This document shows, piece after piece, positions 26,754 through 36,975 of a stretch of 56,834 bases of DNA. Each line of letters starts with the position of its first letter. Positions within the stretch are counted from its first letter, which is position 1. The notes under the pieces are model-generated. The model saw only the letters and a program-made list of their open reading frames with translations, was not told the DNA's origin and did not search any database. This stretch comes from Blastocatellia bacterium. GTDB lineage: Bacteria > Acidobacteriota > Blastocatellia > RBC074. The translations under genes and the position numbers were made by a program. The stretch lies in NCBI GenBank assembly GCA_031398365.1, contig JANNND010000012.1:1-56834 (forward strand). The letters are read 5' to 3'.

Positions 26754-27809
26754 ATGGCGAAAAAGAACCTTATAAATCCTGACGATGAAGACAATCGCCT
26801 GATTGGTGGCGGAACAGCAGATGACGAGCAGCAAATTGAACTCAGCTTGCGCCCGCAATATTTGCGCGAATACATTGGGCAAAAGAAAGTCAAAGACAAT
26901 CTCAGCATCTTCGTCAAAGCAGCGTTGGCGCGCGGTGAATCGTTGGATCACGTGTTGCTGAATGGGCCGCCGGGGCTTGGGAAAACTACGTTGGCGCAGA
27001 TTGTGTCGCGTGAGATGGCGGCAAAGATTCAAGTTACGTCTGGCCCGGTGATTGAAAAGCCGGGTGACTTGGCGGCAATGCTCACAAACCTCGAAGAAGG
27101 CGATGTGTTGTTCATTGATGAAATCCATCGTTTGCATCCGGCGATTGAAGAGATTTTGTATCCGGCGATGGAAGACTTCGAGCTGGATTTGATTATTGGG
27201 CAGGGGCCTTCGGCGCGGTCGGTAAAACTGGATTTGCCGCGCTTTACGTTGATTGGGGCGACGACGCGGGCGGGGTTGATTACGGCTCCGTTGCGCGGGC
27301 GCTTTGGGATTAACTTTCACTTGGATTTTTATCCCATCGAAGACCTGCAAATTATCGTATTACGCTCAGCGGACATTTTGAAAGTAGAGATTGATGAAGC
27401 AGGCGCGCACGCGATTGCGCGCCGTTCGCGGGGGACGCCGCGCATTGCGAATCGGCTGTTGCGCCGCGTGCGCGATTTTGCTGAGGTGGAATATGAAGGC
27501 AAAATTACAGTCGAAGTAGCGGACGATGCGCTAAACCGTATGGAAGTGGATCGCTTTGGATTAGACGAAGTGGATCGCAAATTGCTTACGACGATTATTG
27601 AGAAATTTGGCGGTGGGCCGGTCGGTGTGAGTACGATTTCGGCGGCGATTCAGGAAGAGAAAGATGCGATTGAAGAGATTTATGAGCCGTACCTGATCCA
27701 AATCGGCTTCATCAATCGCACGCCGCGCGGCAGAGTTGTGATGCCTGCGGCGTATCATCACTTGGGAATTAACTTGCCGGGAGCAAGTGACCAACCCGGC
27801 TTATTCTGA
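26754..27809 (+). CDS. ruvB: Holliday junction DNA helicase RuvB
   Basis: [19 protein letters not shown], Walker [12 protein letters not shown], Walker [10 protein letters not shown] and [16 protein letters not shown]. Confidence 0.95.
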   Translation: MAKKNLINPDDEDNRLIGGGTADDEQQIELSLRPQYLREYIGQKKVKDNLSIFVKAALARGESLDHVLLNGPPGLGKTTLAQIVSREMAAKIQVTSGPVIEKPGDLAAMLTNLEEGDVLFIDEIHRLHPAIEEILYPAMEDFELDLIIGQGPSARSVKLDLPRFTLIGATTRAGLITAPLRGRFGINFHLDFYPIEDLQIIVLRSADILKVEIDEAGAHAIARRSRGTPRIANRLLRRVRDFAEVEYEGKITVEVADDALNRMEVDRFGLDEVDRKLLTTIIEKFGGGPVGVSTISAAIQEEKDAIEEIYEPYLIQIGFINRTPRGRVVMPAAYHHLGINLPGASDQPGLF

Positions 27810-28736
27810 GTGCCTGTTTTGATGAAAGAACATATCCTCAAAATCCCAACACCGGGCCGCGTCTGGTTGCGCATTAAAAATCGCGCGACCAAGCGGCGGA
27901 TTCTCTTTCGCACGGTGCTGAGTTTTCTGGACAATGATCTGATTACTTCATCAGCAGCAATTACTTACTTTGGAATGCTTGTTTTGTTTCCGACTTTGCT
28001 CTTTGCGGTCAGTATCGCGCAAGGTTATTTCGGCGAAGCGATTCACCGCGAATTGATAAGCCGCATCCCGAACTTCATGCCTGGCTCCGAGCAGTTTGTG
28101 CAACGCAATCTGGAGGCCATCAGCAATGTTTCGCCCAGTTTATTAATTACGGCGTTCACGGTGATGTTGTGGGCGGGATCGTGGATTTTTACGGTGATCG
28201 AACGCGCGATGTGTCGGATGTGGGGAACACGACCACGCTCGTTTTGGCGCGGGCGATTATTGACTGTGGGCATGATTGGCGCGGTGGGATTGGTGTTGAT
28301 GGCTTCGCTACTGGTTACCTCAGGGGTGGTGATGGCGCAGGCGCTGCTGGAAAAATTTCCGATGCAAATGCCTATCCAACTTGCGTGGCTGGGATCAATG
28401 TTGTGGCAGGTTGTATTTGTCGTCGGGAGTTTATTGATTACGACGGCTTTATTCCTGGTGATTTATCGTGTGATGCCAAATACGCGAGTCACTATTATCG
28501 AAGTGCTGCCGGGCGCAATCGTGGCAGGAGTTTTATGGGAAATTGCGAAGTATGCTTTTGCCTGGTCAATTCCTTATTTTCATTATGATTTGTTATACGG
28601 CTCCATCGGCGCGGGTGTGGCGTTGTTGACGTGGGGCTATTTGTCGAGCTTGATTATGTTGTTTGGTGCGCAATTGACGGCGGTGCTGCATTGCCGCCAT
28701 ATGTTTGGCGAAGATATGGAGGACGAAGGCAAATGA
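27810..28736 (+). CDS. YihY/BrkB-family inner-membrane protein
   Basis: TSSAAITYFGMLVLFPTLLF and multiple TM segments in a YihY-like arrangement. The start may be the ATG at 27822. Confidence 0.75.
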   Translation: MPVLMKEHILKIPTPGRVWLRIKNRATKRRILFRTVLSFLDNDLITSSAAITYFGMLVLFPTLLFAVSIAQGYFGEAIHRELISRIPNFMPGSEQFVQRNLEAISNVSPSLLITAFTVMLWAGSWIFTVIERAMCRMWGTRPRSFWRGRLLTVGMIGAVGLVLMASLLVTSGVVMAQALLEKFPMQMPIQLAWLGSMLWQVVFVVGSLLITTALFLVIYRVMPNTRVTIIEVLPGAIVAGVLWEIAKYAFAWSIPYFHYDLLYGSIGAGVALLTWGYLSSLIMLFGAQLTAVLHCRHMFGEDMEDEGK

Positions 28737-29314
28737 AGCGAATCTGCGTGTTTTGTGGTTCCAGCAAAGGCGTACGCGCCGAATATGCTTTGGCCGCAAA
28801 AGCGCTGGGACAAGCCTTGGTCAAACGTGACATAGGCTTGGTTTATGGGGGCAGTAACATTGGATTGATGGGCGTAATCGCAGACACCATGTTGGCAGAA
28901 GGTGGCGAAGTCATCGGCGTTATTCCGCAAGCTTTAGTGACCAAAGAAGTCGCGCATCAGCACTTAACTGAGCAACGAATCGTCAGCACAATGCACGAAC
29001 GCAAAGCGTTGATGGCGGAATTGTCGGATGCGTTCATCGCGCTGCCCGGCGGGATGGGAACGTTTGATGAGTTCTGCGAAATCTTAACCTGGGCGCAACT
29101 TGGCATTCATCAAAAGCCGTGTGGGATTTTGAATGTCGAAAATTACTTCACGCCCTTGCTGACGATGTTCGATCACGCCGTGGCGGAAGGCTTTTTGCGC
29201 GACACGCACCGCGCGCTTGTGCTGAAGGCGAGCGAGCCGGAACAGTTGTTGGATGCGCTCGAAAAGTACCAGCCACAATTCGCTGAAAAATGGCTTGATC
29301 TGGACAAAGTGTAG
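28733..29314 (+). CDS. LOG family (TIGR00730) nucleotide 5'-monophosphate nucleosidase
   Basis: MKRICVFCGSSKG, LVYGGSNIGLMG and PGGMGTFDEF motifs. ATGA overlap with the preceding gene. The track start at 28631 is an upstream extension. Confidence 0.85.
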   Translation: MKRICVFCGSSKGVRAEYALAAKALGQALVKRDIGLVYGGSNIGLMGVIADTMLAEGGEVIGVIPQALVTKEVAHQHLTEQRIVSTMHERKALMAELSDAFIALPGGMGTFDEFCEILTWAQLGIHQKPCGILNVENYFTPLLTMFDHAVAEGFLRDTHRALVLKASEPEQLLDALEKYQPQFAEKWLDLDKV

Positions 29315-29319
29315 TTGTC

Positions 29320-30369
29320 ATGCACATTTCTGAATACGATTTTGAATTGCCTGCTGAACTGATTGCGCAGCAACCGCTGGCGGAGCGGGATCGCTCGCGG
29401 ATGCTGGTCATGGATCGTCAGGCGGGGCAGTGGCGCGACGGCTATTTTGCGGAATTGCCGACGATGCTTTCGGCCAAGGATGTGCTGGTCATTAACAACA
29501 CGCGTGTCTTTCCGGCGCGCCTGCTGGGACATCGAATTGTGAATGGTGAAGCGAGTGCGAAAGTCGAAGTTTTGCTGGTGCGGCGGTTGGCAGAGGATCA
29601 ATGGGAAGCGCTGGCGAAACCGGGACGCGCTCTGCCCCTGGGGGCGCAACTGGAGTTTGGGGCGGGCCAATTACAAGCAGAAGTCACTACCATTCTCAAT
29701 GACGGCAGACGCGTATTGCGGTTTGCCGCCCAGGGTAATTTCGATCAACTCCTTGATGAAGTCGGCAACACACCGCTGCCGCCCTATATCAAGCGCGCCT
29801 GCGATGAAACTGTGCGCTTGGATGAACCGCGCTATCAGACGATTTATGCGAAAGAGCGCGGCGCGATTGCGGCCCCAACGGCTGGGTTACATTTCACAGC
29901 TCGGGTATTTGCTGAGTTGCAAGCGCGCGGCGTCGAGATCGTTGAAATTACGCATCACGTTGGCGCGGCAACGTTTCAGCCGGTGCGCGTTGAGAATGTC
30001 GAAGAGCATCACGTCGAAGCTGAGAGCTACGAAATCAGCGAAGTGGCAGCAACATCAATTAACACGGCCAAAGCAGCGGGGAAGCGGATTATCGCGATTG
30101 GCACGACGACAACACGGGCGCTGGAGAGCGCCGTTGGTGCGACGGGCTTGATTGAGGCGGGAAACAAAAGCACTGAACTATTTATTCATCCTGGCTATCA
30201 ATTTCGCGTGATAAACGCCTTGATTACGAATTTTCATTTACCAAAGTCATCTTTATTGATCCTTGTGTCAGCGCTTGCCGGGCAGGAACTGCTACTTAAG
30301 GTTTACCGGCACGCAGTACAGGAGCGCTATCGTTTTTACAGCTACGGCGATTGCATGTTTATTGGTTGA
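29320..30369 (+). CDS. queA: S-adenosylmethionine:tRNA ribosyltransferase-isomerase
   Basis: YDFELPAELIAQQPLAERDRSRML, TPLPPYIKR, AAPTAGLHFT and ITNFHLPKSSLL. Confidence 0.93.
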   Translation: MHISEYDFELPAELIAQQPLAERDRSRMLVMDRQAGQWRDGYFAELPTMLSAKDVLVINNTRVFPARLLGHRIVNGEASAKVEVLLVRRLAEDQWEALAKPGRALPLGAQLEFGAGQLQAEVTTILNDGRRVLRFAAQGNFDQLLDEVGNTPLPPYIKRACDETVRLDEPRYQTIYAKERGAIAAPTAGLHFTARVFAELQARGVEIVEITHHVGAATFQPVRVENVEEHHVEAESYEISEVAATSINTAKAAGKRIIAIGTTTTRALESAVGATGLIEAGNKSTELFIHPGYQFRVINALITNFHLPKSSLLILVSALAGQELLLKVYRHAVQERYRFYSYGDCMFIG

Positions 30370-30388
30370 AAGCTCAACATAATCTTTT

Positions 30389-30901
30389 ATGAAAGCTGCT
30401 CACTCTATCTTTACCCCTTCCGAGACCACATTTAAGGGAACGCTGTGTCCATTAACCTTAATGGATTTGAATGAATTATGGTTGTTAGACTTGCGCGTGT
30501 TTACAGATGGAGAAGCGTACGAACGCGACACCTTTCGTCAGCTTTTATCTAATCCACAAGGAGTGGCCAGACAGATTCGTGGTGCGGATGGAAAGATGAG
30601 CGCCTTTGCCATCGGAGTCATTGAAGAGGATGGCGTCGGTCATGTCACGACAATAGGTGTTTCCCCAGAGTATCGGCGGCGTGGCTTGGCAAAAATAATG
30701 CTGCTTTCAATTGAGCAAGGGTTTGCAGTGCGAGGGGCAACAACGGTACGGCTTGAAGTACGCACTGATAATGCGGGAGCGCGCCAGCTTTATGAACAGA
30801 TTGGCTATACGATTACACAGCGGATGCGGCGCTATTATTCAACGGGGGATGATGGTTATTTAATGGTGAAGGCAATTAACGGCGTGAATTGGGGATTTTA
30901 G
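30389..30901 (+). CDS. GNAT-family N-acetyltransferase (RimI-like)
   Basis: Acetyl-CoA site [17 protein letters not shown] and [20 protein letters not shown]. The true start may be the ATG at 30461. Confidence 0.75.
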   Translation: MKAAHSIFTPSETTFKGTLCPLTLMDLNELWLLDLRVFTDGEAYERDTFRQLLSNPQGVARQIRGADGKMSAFAIGVIEEDGVGHVTTIGVSPEYRRRGLAKIMLLSIEQGFAVRGATTVRLEVRTDNAGARQLYEQIGYTITQRMRRYYSTGDDGYLMVKAINGVNWGF

Positions 30902-30987
30902 GCCTCCGCTGGACTGCCAACCAGAGGCATTTAGTGAGGCAGGTTGGGAATCTCTGGTGAGCGACTTTGCGAAGTAAGAAACTATTG

Positions 30988-31584
30988 TTAGCTGGCACCA
31001 GCGCTCTTCCGCAAATCCGTCAAAACCTGTTTGGCGACTGCTTTGAGCGTCTCGAAAACCCCCACACCTTTCGGGGCAACCGCTTCAATAATGGGTTCAT
31101 CCTTGCGCAGCAATTCTCGCTTCAAATCGTCAACCGACAGAACATCAGGCAAATCGCGCTTGTTAAGTTGCAACGCATAAGGAATTTTCGAGAAGTCATA
31201 GCCATGACTCTTCAGATTTTCCTCAAGGTTCCAAAGTGATTCCAGATTGGCGTCCATTCGTTCACGCTGGGAATCCGCTACAAAAACCACGCCATCCACA
31301 CCTTTCAAAATTAGTTTGCGACTGGCATCATAAAAGACCTGTCCAGGTACAGTGTATAGATGGAAGCGTGCTTTAAAGCCGCGCACCGTACCCAACTCCA
31401 ATGGCAGGAAGTCGAAAAACAAGGTACGCTCAGTTTCGGTTGCCAGGCTAATTAATTTACCTTTTTGCTGTGCCGCAGACGTATCGTAAATATATTGAAG
31501 GTTCGTCGTTTTGCCACCCAAGCCTGGTCCGTAATAAACGATTTTGCAATTGATCTCGCGCGATGCGTAATTGATGAACGTCAC
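30988..31584 (-). CDS. mglA: Ras-like small GTPase MglA
   Basis: [31 protein letters not shown] is nearly identical to the Myxococcus MglA N-terminus. Paired with mglB. Confidence 0.9.
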   Translation of the reverse strand: MTFINYASREINCKIVYYGPGLGGKTTNLQYIYDTSAAQQKGKLISLATETERTLFFDFLPLELGTVRGFKARFHLYTVPGQVFYDASRKLILKGVDGVVFVADSQRERMDANLESLWNLEENLKSHGYDFSKIPYALQLNKRDLPDVLSVDDLKRELLRKDEPIIEAVAPKGVGVFETLKAVAKQVLTDLRKSAGAS

Positions 31585-31679
31585 GTTCGCCGTCCTCTCT
31601 AAATTGGGGAGTTAATGTATCAATAAGTGGGAAGTTAAATAACGTTCCCGCATTGTTTGGAGGGTAACATCTCGGCCCG

Positions 31680-32186
31680 TTACAGACCCTCGTCGCTAAA
31701 AAGTTGGTCTATATCCTCGTCGCTAATTTCAGTAAAGGGAGTATTCCGTTTGCCTCCGCCAGCCTTTTCCTGCTCAGCCTTATTTACAATGCGTTCAAAC
31801 GCATCATTAAGCTCGGAAGATGCACGTTTGACACGCAGTCGAACCAATCCCAGACTGGAGCGTTCGTCGAAAATTACTACCAAAATTATCCGTCCGCCAA
31901 CGACCGAAGTATGAATGTTGTCACGTTCGCCCTCGTGCGAAAGAACCGGAAATTCTTTTTCGCCGATCAACCGCGCTAAGGCATCCGTCGCGGCAACATT
32001 ACCGGCGGTGAGGGATGCGAGACTGGTTATATCCAGGTTGCCGATGTCACCATGCGAGGCTATCTGCTGTCCGTTTTTGTCTATGAGGAAGACCATTTTT
32101 GCATTAGCGTCTGTCCGCAATTTGGACAGAATCGTCTTAATCTGTTGATACTCTTCCTCATACATAATCATGGTCGCTTCTGGCAT
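31680..32186 (-). CDS. mglB: Roadblock/LC7-domain GTPase-activating protein MglB
   Basis: MYEEEYQQIKTILSKLRTDANAKMVFLIDKNGQQI...TSLASLTAGNVAA...LGLVRLRVKRAS matches MglB. Confidence 0.88.
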   Translation of the reverse strand: MPEATMIMYEEEYQQIKTILSKLRTDANAKMVFLIDKNGQQIASHGDIGNLDITSLASLTAGNVAATDALARLIGEKEFPVLSHEGERDNIHTSVVGGRIILVVIFDERSSLGLVRLRVKRASSELNDAFERIVNKAEQEKAGGGKRNTPFTEISDEDIDQLFSDEGL

Positions 32187-32532
32187 GAGCTTGACCTCTT
32201 CTCGTAGCTATCAATTTTCATCGGCTAATTTTCATTGGCCAAATTTGATTGGGTTGATCGTTGCTAACTAATTTGCCATCAACAACGATCCGATGCAAAT
32301 TTTATTCATTAGTCAGGATTAAGCTGATAGATGTGGGCCGTATCAAGCTTCGTAGGGGGCCGGGCCAAGCGAATTTATAACACAACCTTGCACGTATTTC
32401 AACACGATTTAAACTCTGCTGTTTTTGCTGTTTCCCTTTTGTAATGGTTGATAAAGGCTCGTTCATACAACAATTTAGATTTTGTTCTGGAGCAATTTGC
32501 CGCGAAGCCGAAAAACTTTTCTTCAGCAGGAA

Positions 32533-32561
32533 TTGACAGATACACGCTAATCTGTTATTTA
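32533..32561 (+). promoter_or_regulatory. Candidate sigma-70 promoter for the TPR gene
   Basis: TTGACA (32533-32538), a 17-nt spacer, then TATTTA (an overlapping TATAAT would be at 21-nt spacing). About 85 nt upstream of the ATG. Confidence 0.3.
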
Positions 32562-32644
32562 TAATAGACTTATCGTTATTTGCCGAATTTGGCTTAACTT
32601 GATTTGCGGTGATAACCTTCTATTGAGAGAAAGAGTTTCTAGCA

Positions 32645-33565
32645 ATGAGAGAGTCACTCTCCAAACGTACAAAGTCGCCAAGCGCATCCCCGTTAGCGAC
32701 ACCAAAGCGATCTCGTAAAACACCCAGCCGTAAAGCTGCTAACGTTTCCTTGCGTCAGAAATCCACTAATAAATCTGTGCCACCTAAGACTTTGATAGAG
32801 GCTGCTACGCCTGCAAAGGTTCAGAAAAAGGCGACGGTTGCAAAGAAAAAATCTGTTGTGGGAAATACCAAGAAGGCCGTTCCTCAACCGACGCGAACAG
32901 TTCCTGAAAAGAAAGGATCAACCAAGGCACCAAGTAAATCCATTAAAGTCACTGAGCCGAAAATTAAAATCCAAACGAGCGCGCCGAAGAGTTCTCGCGC
33001 AACTCCAAAGCCAGCAATTAGGTCAGTTCGAATTCCTCGTCAGCAAGCGGCAACACAGGCATTACGAGCTTTTGAACGAGCCGTAAAAACTTTCAATCTG
33101 CGCCAATTTTCTGAAGCAAAAGCTTTGTTTGAGGAATTACAACATCGCTATCATCAGGAAGTAGAAATTATCTCGCGCTCACAAACGTACATTCAAGTGT
33201 GCAATGTTCGGTTAGCGGGCAACCGTACTCTCCCACGCAATGCGGATGAGTTTTATGATCGCGGTGTCGTCGCGCTAAATGTAGGGAATTTCGCACAAGC
33301 GCGCAGCTTCTTTGAAAAAGCTCTTAAGCTTCGTCCTGATGATTCACATACGTTGTATTCATTAGCTGCAACGCATGCGCAAACGGGTTCCCCTGATCAG
33401 GCGCTAACTTATTTGCAGCAGGCAGTGCAAAGGCAACCGCGCCTGCGCCAGCGAGCGCTTCAGGATACAGATTTTTCCACCTTGAAAGATGATCGTCGGT
33501 TTCTCGAATTGCTCGGTGCTGCTTCCCCTTTTGACTTACTCCCAACACGCCGTGAAATCTCCTGA
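32645..33565 (+). CDS. TPR-repeat protein with a roughly 130-aa lysine/proline-rich (histone H1-like) disordered N-terminus
   Basis: The N-terminus is rich in K, P, S, T and A ([17 protein letters not shown]...). The C-terminus has TPR-like helices ([31 protein letters not shown]..). Confidence 0.65.
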   Translation: MRESLSKRTKSPSASPLATPKRSRKTPSRKAANVSLRQKSTNKSVPPKTLIEAATPAKVQKKATVAKKKSVVGNTKKAVPQPTRTVPEKKGSTKAPSKSIKVTEPKIKIQTSAPKSSRATPKPAIRSVRIPRQQAATQALRAFERAVKTFNLRQFSEAKALFEELQHRYHQEVEIISRSQTYIQVCNVRLAGNRTLPRNADEFYDRGVVALNVGNFAQARSFFEKALKLRPDDSHTLYSLAATHAQTGSPDQALTYLQQAVQRQPRLRQRALQDTDFSTLKDDRRFLELLGAASPFDLLPTRREIS

Positions 33566-33594
33566 TTTCACTTCTGCAAGATTTTATAAAACAC

Positions 33595-33640
33595 GAAATG
33601 CCTGGAAGCCAAAGATACTTCCAGGCGTTTCGCTTTTCTG
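33595..33640. terminator. Bidirectional terminator between the TPR gene and the TlpA-like gene
   Basis: 14-bp stem gaaatgcctggaag / cttccaggcgtttc (one G-U pair) with a 9-nt loop. T-rich runs on both strands. Confidence 0.7.
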
Positions 33641-33656
33641 CGGTGTTAGGGTTGAG

Positions 33657-34247
33657 CTATTTTTTAGCCAGTTCGTCTTTTACCTTTTGCTCAATCTCCG
33701 TACCGACTTGTTGATTAAATCCTAGATAATGCGCTACCAAGCGTCCATCGCGCCCATAAATGAGTGTTTGCGGGACAGATACGTTGGTAGAATCAATAAA
33801 ATCAACAAAGTATTTATCTTCCACTTCGCCCACAATCGGGTAACTCACTTTTTGATCGGAGATAAATTGCTTCACGGCCTGAGAATTGGAACGAGGGTCT
33901 TTCACGGACATCCCCATAACCTGAAGGTCATCTGGCTGTAGGCCCTCTCGAAGTTTATTAATAGATTGAACCTGCCGTTTGGAAATGCCACACCACGTTC
34001 CGAGAAATTGCAGAACGACCACTTTGCCGCGCTTGGATTCCAGATTAAAGCGCTGCCCGTCGGTCGCTGTAAATGTTTGTCGTGCGATGGATGGTTTTGG
34101 TAGTTGCCCAGCCTTTACCTCAGCACGCCCTTGAATTACCTTAACACTGAGACAGATCACTAAAACGGTAGACGTTAGTGCGACCCACCACAGTATTTTT
34201 GCTTGCAGCTCGTTTTCACGAGAAAGTGCGATAGCGTTTAATTTCAC
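33657..34247 (-). CDS. Membrane-anchored thioredoxin-fold protein (TlpA/redoxin-like) with a CGIS active site
   Basis: N-terminal TM segment. VVLQFLGTWCGISKRQ occupies the position of the WCxxC motif, and the second Cys is replaced by Ser (checked at nucleotide level). Confidence 0.7.
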   Translation of the reverse strand: MKLNAIALSRENELQAKILWWVALTSTVLVICLSVKVIQGRAEVKAGQLPKPSIARQTFTATDGQRFNLESKRGKVVVLQFLGTWCGISKRQVQSINKLREGLQPDDLQVMGMSVKDPRSNSQAVKQFISDQKVSYPIVGEVEDKYFVDFIDSTNVSVPQTLIYGRDGRLVAHYLGFNQQVGTEIEQKVKDELAKK

Positions 34248-34373
34248 TTTAAATACTCCTAAATTAATTTTCGTTGTGGGTGGGACTCAACGAAGGACTT
34301 CGCAAGTTGTTCGATGGGAGAAAGGATAAAGAGGCCTTTCCGCAAAGTCAATGTCCATAACTCTGATAATTTT

Positions 34374-34970
34374 ATGACGAAGCATACCCTTGAGTGGCAG
34401 GACAGAAACACTGTCTATCGTGAAATCCGCAATTCGATTCACGGCGAGGAATTACGTTGGCTTATTAGTCGCGACCAAATTCTCAATCCGACAACAGGAC
34501 AGAACCTGACTCGCTCGTTTATTCGCCATCCAGGCATCGCTGTGATCGTGCCATTTTGGAATGCAAACAGTGTTATTTTGCTGCGACAGTATCGCTATGC
34601 GATCAATGATGAATTATGGGAGTTGCCAGCCGGAACCTTAACCGGGCGCGCGGAAGATCATCGGATCGTGACCACAGAAGAGCCTGAAGTTTGTGCCGCG
34701 CGTGAGTTAATTGAAGAAACAGGATTCGCCGCAAATCGTTTGGAAAAAGTTGCAGAATGCTATGCGATTCCAGGCAGTGGCGATGAATTGATGCACTTCT
34801 ATTTCGCCTTCGAGTTACAGCAGCGCGAGCAATCTTTAGATGTGGGCGAAATCATTAGCGAAGTAAAAGCCTTTAGTTTGGCAGAAGTTGAGGCAATGAT
34901 TACCGGCGGCGAAATTCGCGATGCAAAAACACTAATCGGCTTATTTTACGCGCTACGGCGAAGGATGTGA
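34374..34970 (+). CDS. NUDIX hydrolase (ADP-ribose pyrophosphatase-like)
   Basis: Nudix box AGTLTG...EPEVCAARELIEETGF. I prefer the ATG at 34374 over 34314. Confidence 0.8.
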   Translation: MTKHTLEWQDRNTVYREIRNSIHGEELRWLISRDQILNPTTGQNLTRSFIRHPGIAVIVPFWNANSVILLRQYRYAINDELWELPAGTLTGRAEDHRIVTTEEPEVCAARELIEETGFAANRLEKVAECYAIPGSGDELMHFYFAFELQQREQSLDVGEIISEVKAFSLAEVEAMITGGEIRDAKTLIGLFYALRRRM

Positions 34971-34971
34971 G

Positions 34972-36102
34972 CTAAGCGAAGCGAAGCCTTGCAAATGGTT
35001 TGATGTTGACCTTACTTTCGCCATGCAGTACCAGCTCGCTGATGGCTTTTGCTGTAATGGGTGTGAGCAGGATGCCGTTGCGATAATGACCGGTCGCATA
35101 GACTAGACCGCCGATGTGCGGATCGGTTCCGAGGATGGGCCAGTCATCAAATGTATGCGGACGTAGGCCCGCCCATATTTCAACAATAGCTTGCTTGGAC
35201 AAATTTGGTGCGATTTCACTGGCAAGATCAATAATCGTAGCTATTCCGTCCGCTGTATTCCGCTTGTCGTAACCCACTCTTTCTGTCGTTGAGCCTGCAA
35301 TGACAGTTCCACTCAAGCGCGGAATCAAATACCCTCTATTTGAATAAACGACGTGTTGTAACGCAGTTGTCGGCATTTCAAGCGCGATCATTTGCCCTCG
35401 CACCGGCTCCACCGAGAAATCCACTACAGACTCATTCGTAGTGCTTTTAAGCAAGCTTGACCAAGCGCCCGCCGCGATAATCACGGTGTCTGTTGAAATA
35501 TTCCTTTTGGTTGTTTCTACCCCAGAAATTTGTGCGTTTGAGATTTCCAGTGCGGTCGCTTCTGTAGCTGTCCAGAACTCGACCCCGGCTTTACGCGCAG
35601 CAGCTTCAATCGCTGTCATCAACAGGCGATTATTCACTTGATGATCGTCCGGGAATTTTAAGGCCCAACGCACCTTTGAATTCAGCGTCGGCTCCAGTTT
35701 TCTGACAGCATCAGGACTGAGTTTTTCGACCTTTAGCCCCGCTGCCCGTTGCCATTGCCATCGCTGCTCAAGTTCTTCTTCATCTTGATTCGTGAAGGCT
35801 AAGTATAAAGTGCCTTCCGTGCGATATTCGATGTCAATGCCAGTGACTTCGCGGAGTTCACGCGCCAAGTCCGCATACATCGCGCGACTCGCAACGGCAA
35901 GTTCAAAAAATGCGTCTTTCTGACTAGCTTCTGCAAACGGGGCCAGCATGCCGCCCGCAGCCCACGATGCTTCGCGACCAACGTCACCGCGCTCAATCAC
36001 CACGACACGCAAATCTGCCTGACCCAGTCGCCAGGCGATGGCACAGCCAACCACTCCACCACCAATAATAGCCACGTCAAATTGCGAATTGACTGAATTC
36101 AT
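34972..36102 (-). CDS. FAD-dependent oxidoreductase, glycine oxidase (ThiO)-like
   Basis: FDVAIIGGGVVGCAIAWRL dinucleotide fold and DAO-family layout. The ThiO assignment is tentative. Confidence 0.7.
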   Translation of the reverse strand: MNSVNSQFDVAIIGGGVVGCAIAWRLGQADLRVVVIERGDVGREASWAAGGMLAPFAEASQKDAFFELAVASRAMYADLARELREVTGIDIEYRTEGTLYLAFTNQDEEELEQRWQWQRAAGLKVEKLSPDAVRKLEPTLNSKVRWALKFPDDHQVNNRLLMTAIEAAARKAGVEFWTATEATALEISNAQISGVETTKRNISTDTVIIAAGAWSSLLKSTTNESVVDFSVEPVRGQMIALEMPTTALQHVVYSNRGYLIPRLSGTVIAGSTTERVGYDKRNTADGIATIIDLASEIAPNLSKQAIVEIWAGLRPHTFDDWPILGTDPHIGGLVYATGHYRNGILLTPITAKAISELVLHGESKVNIKPFARLRFA

Positions 36103-36110
36103 GCAAGAGA

Positions 36111-36362
36111 TTAAGCGGCTTCCACATCAGGCGGAGCGGATTTGCGGTTCCATTCTGCGCGCATATGGCGAGCGTTCTCAAGATTTCGTTCCAGACAGTT
36201 CAGATCATGATCAACGATGGAATCAATTGTGCTGCGCAGGCTCGTGAGCAAATCTTTTTTGATGCCCGCCACCGTATTTGCCATTTCTTCAGGCATCACG
36301 GCCCAAAACGAAGCTGCCAATTCATCCATAAAATTCAACTCAGGATTGGTTGTTTCTGACAT
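36111..36362 (-). CDS. Small hypothetical protein
   Basis: 83-aa ORF packed between queD and the oxidoreductase gene on the same strand. No recognisable motif. Confidence 0.4.
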   Translation of the reverse strand: MSETTNPELNFMDELAASFWAVMPEEMANTVAGIKKDLLTSLRSTIDSIVDHDLNCLERNLENARHMRAEWNRKSAPPDVEAA

Positions 36363-36376
36363 AACGCTATACTCCT

Positions 36377-36757
36377 TTAATCAACCTCGTACGTTGCCGC
36401 ACAAGTGTCTGTTTCCCAGATTCGTACCTTATAAACCTGCACGCGGTTGTTACTGATGTCGCGCCCAACTTCGGCCAAGAAATACTCCGCCATTCGTTCG
36501 GCAGTCGGATTCATTTCGTCGTCAAATGGCGGCAATTCGTTGATGTTTTTGTGATCCAGATAATCCACGACGCGCCGTGTGGCAGCTTTCAACGCCGCGA
36601 AATCTATCAGCATTTCTGCCTGATCTAATTCACGACCACGAACATAAACCTCAACGCGATAATTGTGTCCGTGCAGGTTCGCACATTTGCCCACATAATT
36701 GCGCAGCCAATGTGCCGAAGAGAAACTCATTTGAATCATTGCTTCACGCATAAACAT
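36377..36757 (-). CDS. queD: 6-carboxy-5,6,7,8-tetrahydropterin synthase
   Basis: CANLHGHNYRVEVYV and ETDTCAATY signatures. Start uncertain (Met candidates at 36757, 36751, 36739 and 36730). Confidence 0.85.
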   Translation of the reverse strand: MFMREAMIQMSFSSAHWLRNYVGKCANLHGHNYRVEVYVRGRELDQAEMLIDFAALKAATRRVVDYLDHKNINELPPFDDEMNPTAERMAEYFLAEVGRDISNNRVQVYKVRIWETDTCAATYEVD

Positions 36758-36856
36758 CCACGTAACGCCTTGTAGTATAGCATATGGCAAACTGAAACCG
36801 TCGCTTGACGGTTCCCCCACGTTCCGCTATCATCGCGCCCGTTGTTCCTTGAGAGT

Positions 36857-36933
36857 GGGGCTATAGCTCAGTTTGGAAGAGCGCTTGACTGGCAGTCAAG
36901 AGGTCAGGGGTTCGAGCCCCCTTAGCTCCACCA
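36857..36933 (+). tRNA. tRNA-Ala (anticodon GGC), CCA encoded
   Basis: Acceptor GGGGCTA/TAGCTCC with the G3:U70 identity pair. Anticodon stem CTTGA/TCAAG with loop CTGGCAG. T arm AGGGG-TTCGAGC-CCCCT. Confidence 0.9.
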
Positions 36934-36975
36934 AATCCTTCCCTGGATTTTTCAAAAACACTTCATCTCCCAAAC

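Noticed and set aside
26703-27350. 215-aa minus-strand ORF opposite ruvB
   Set aside because: Extremely Arg/Gln/Asn/Pro-rich and antisense to a canonical RuvB. Not coding.
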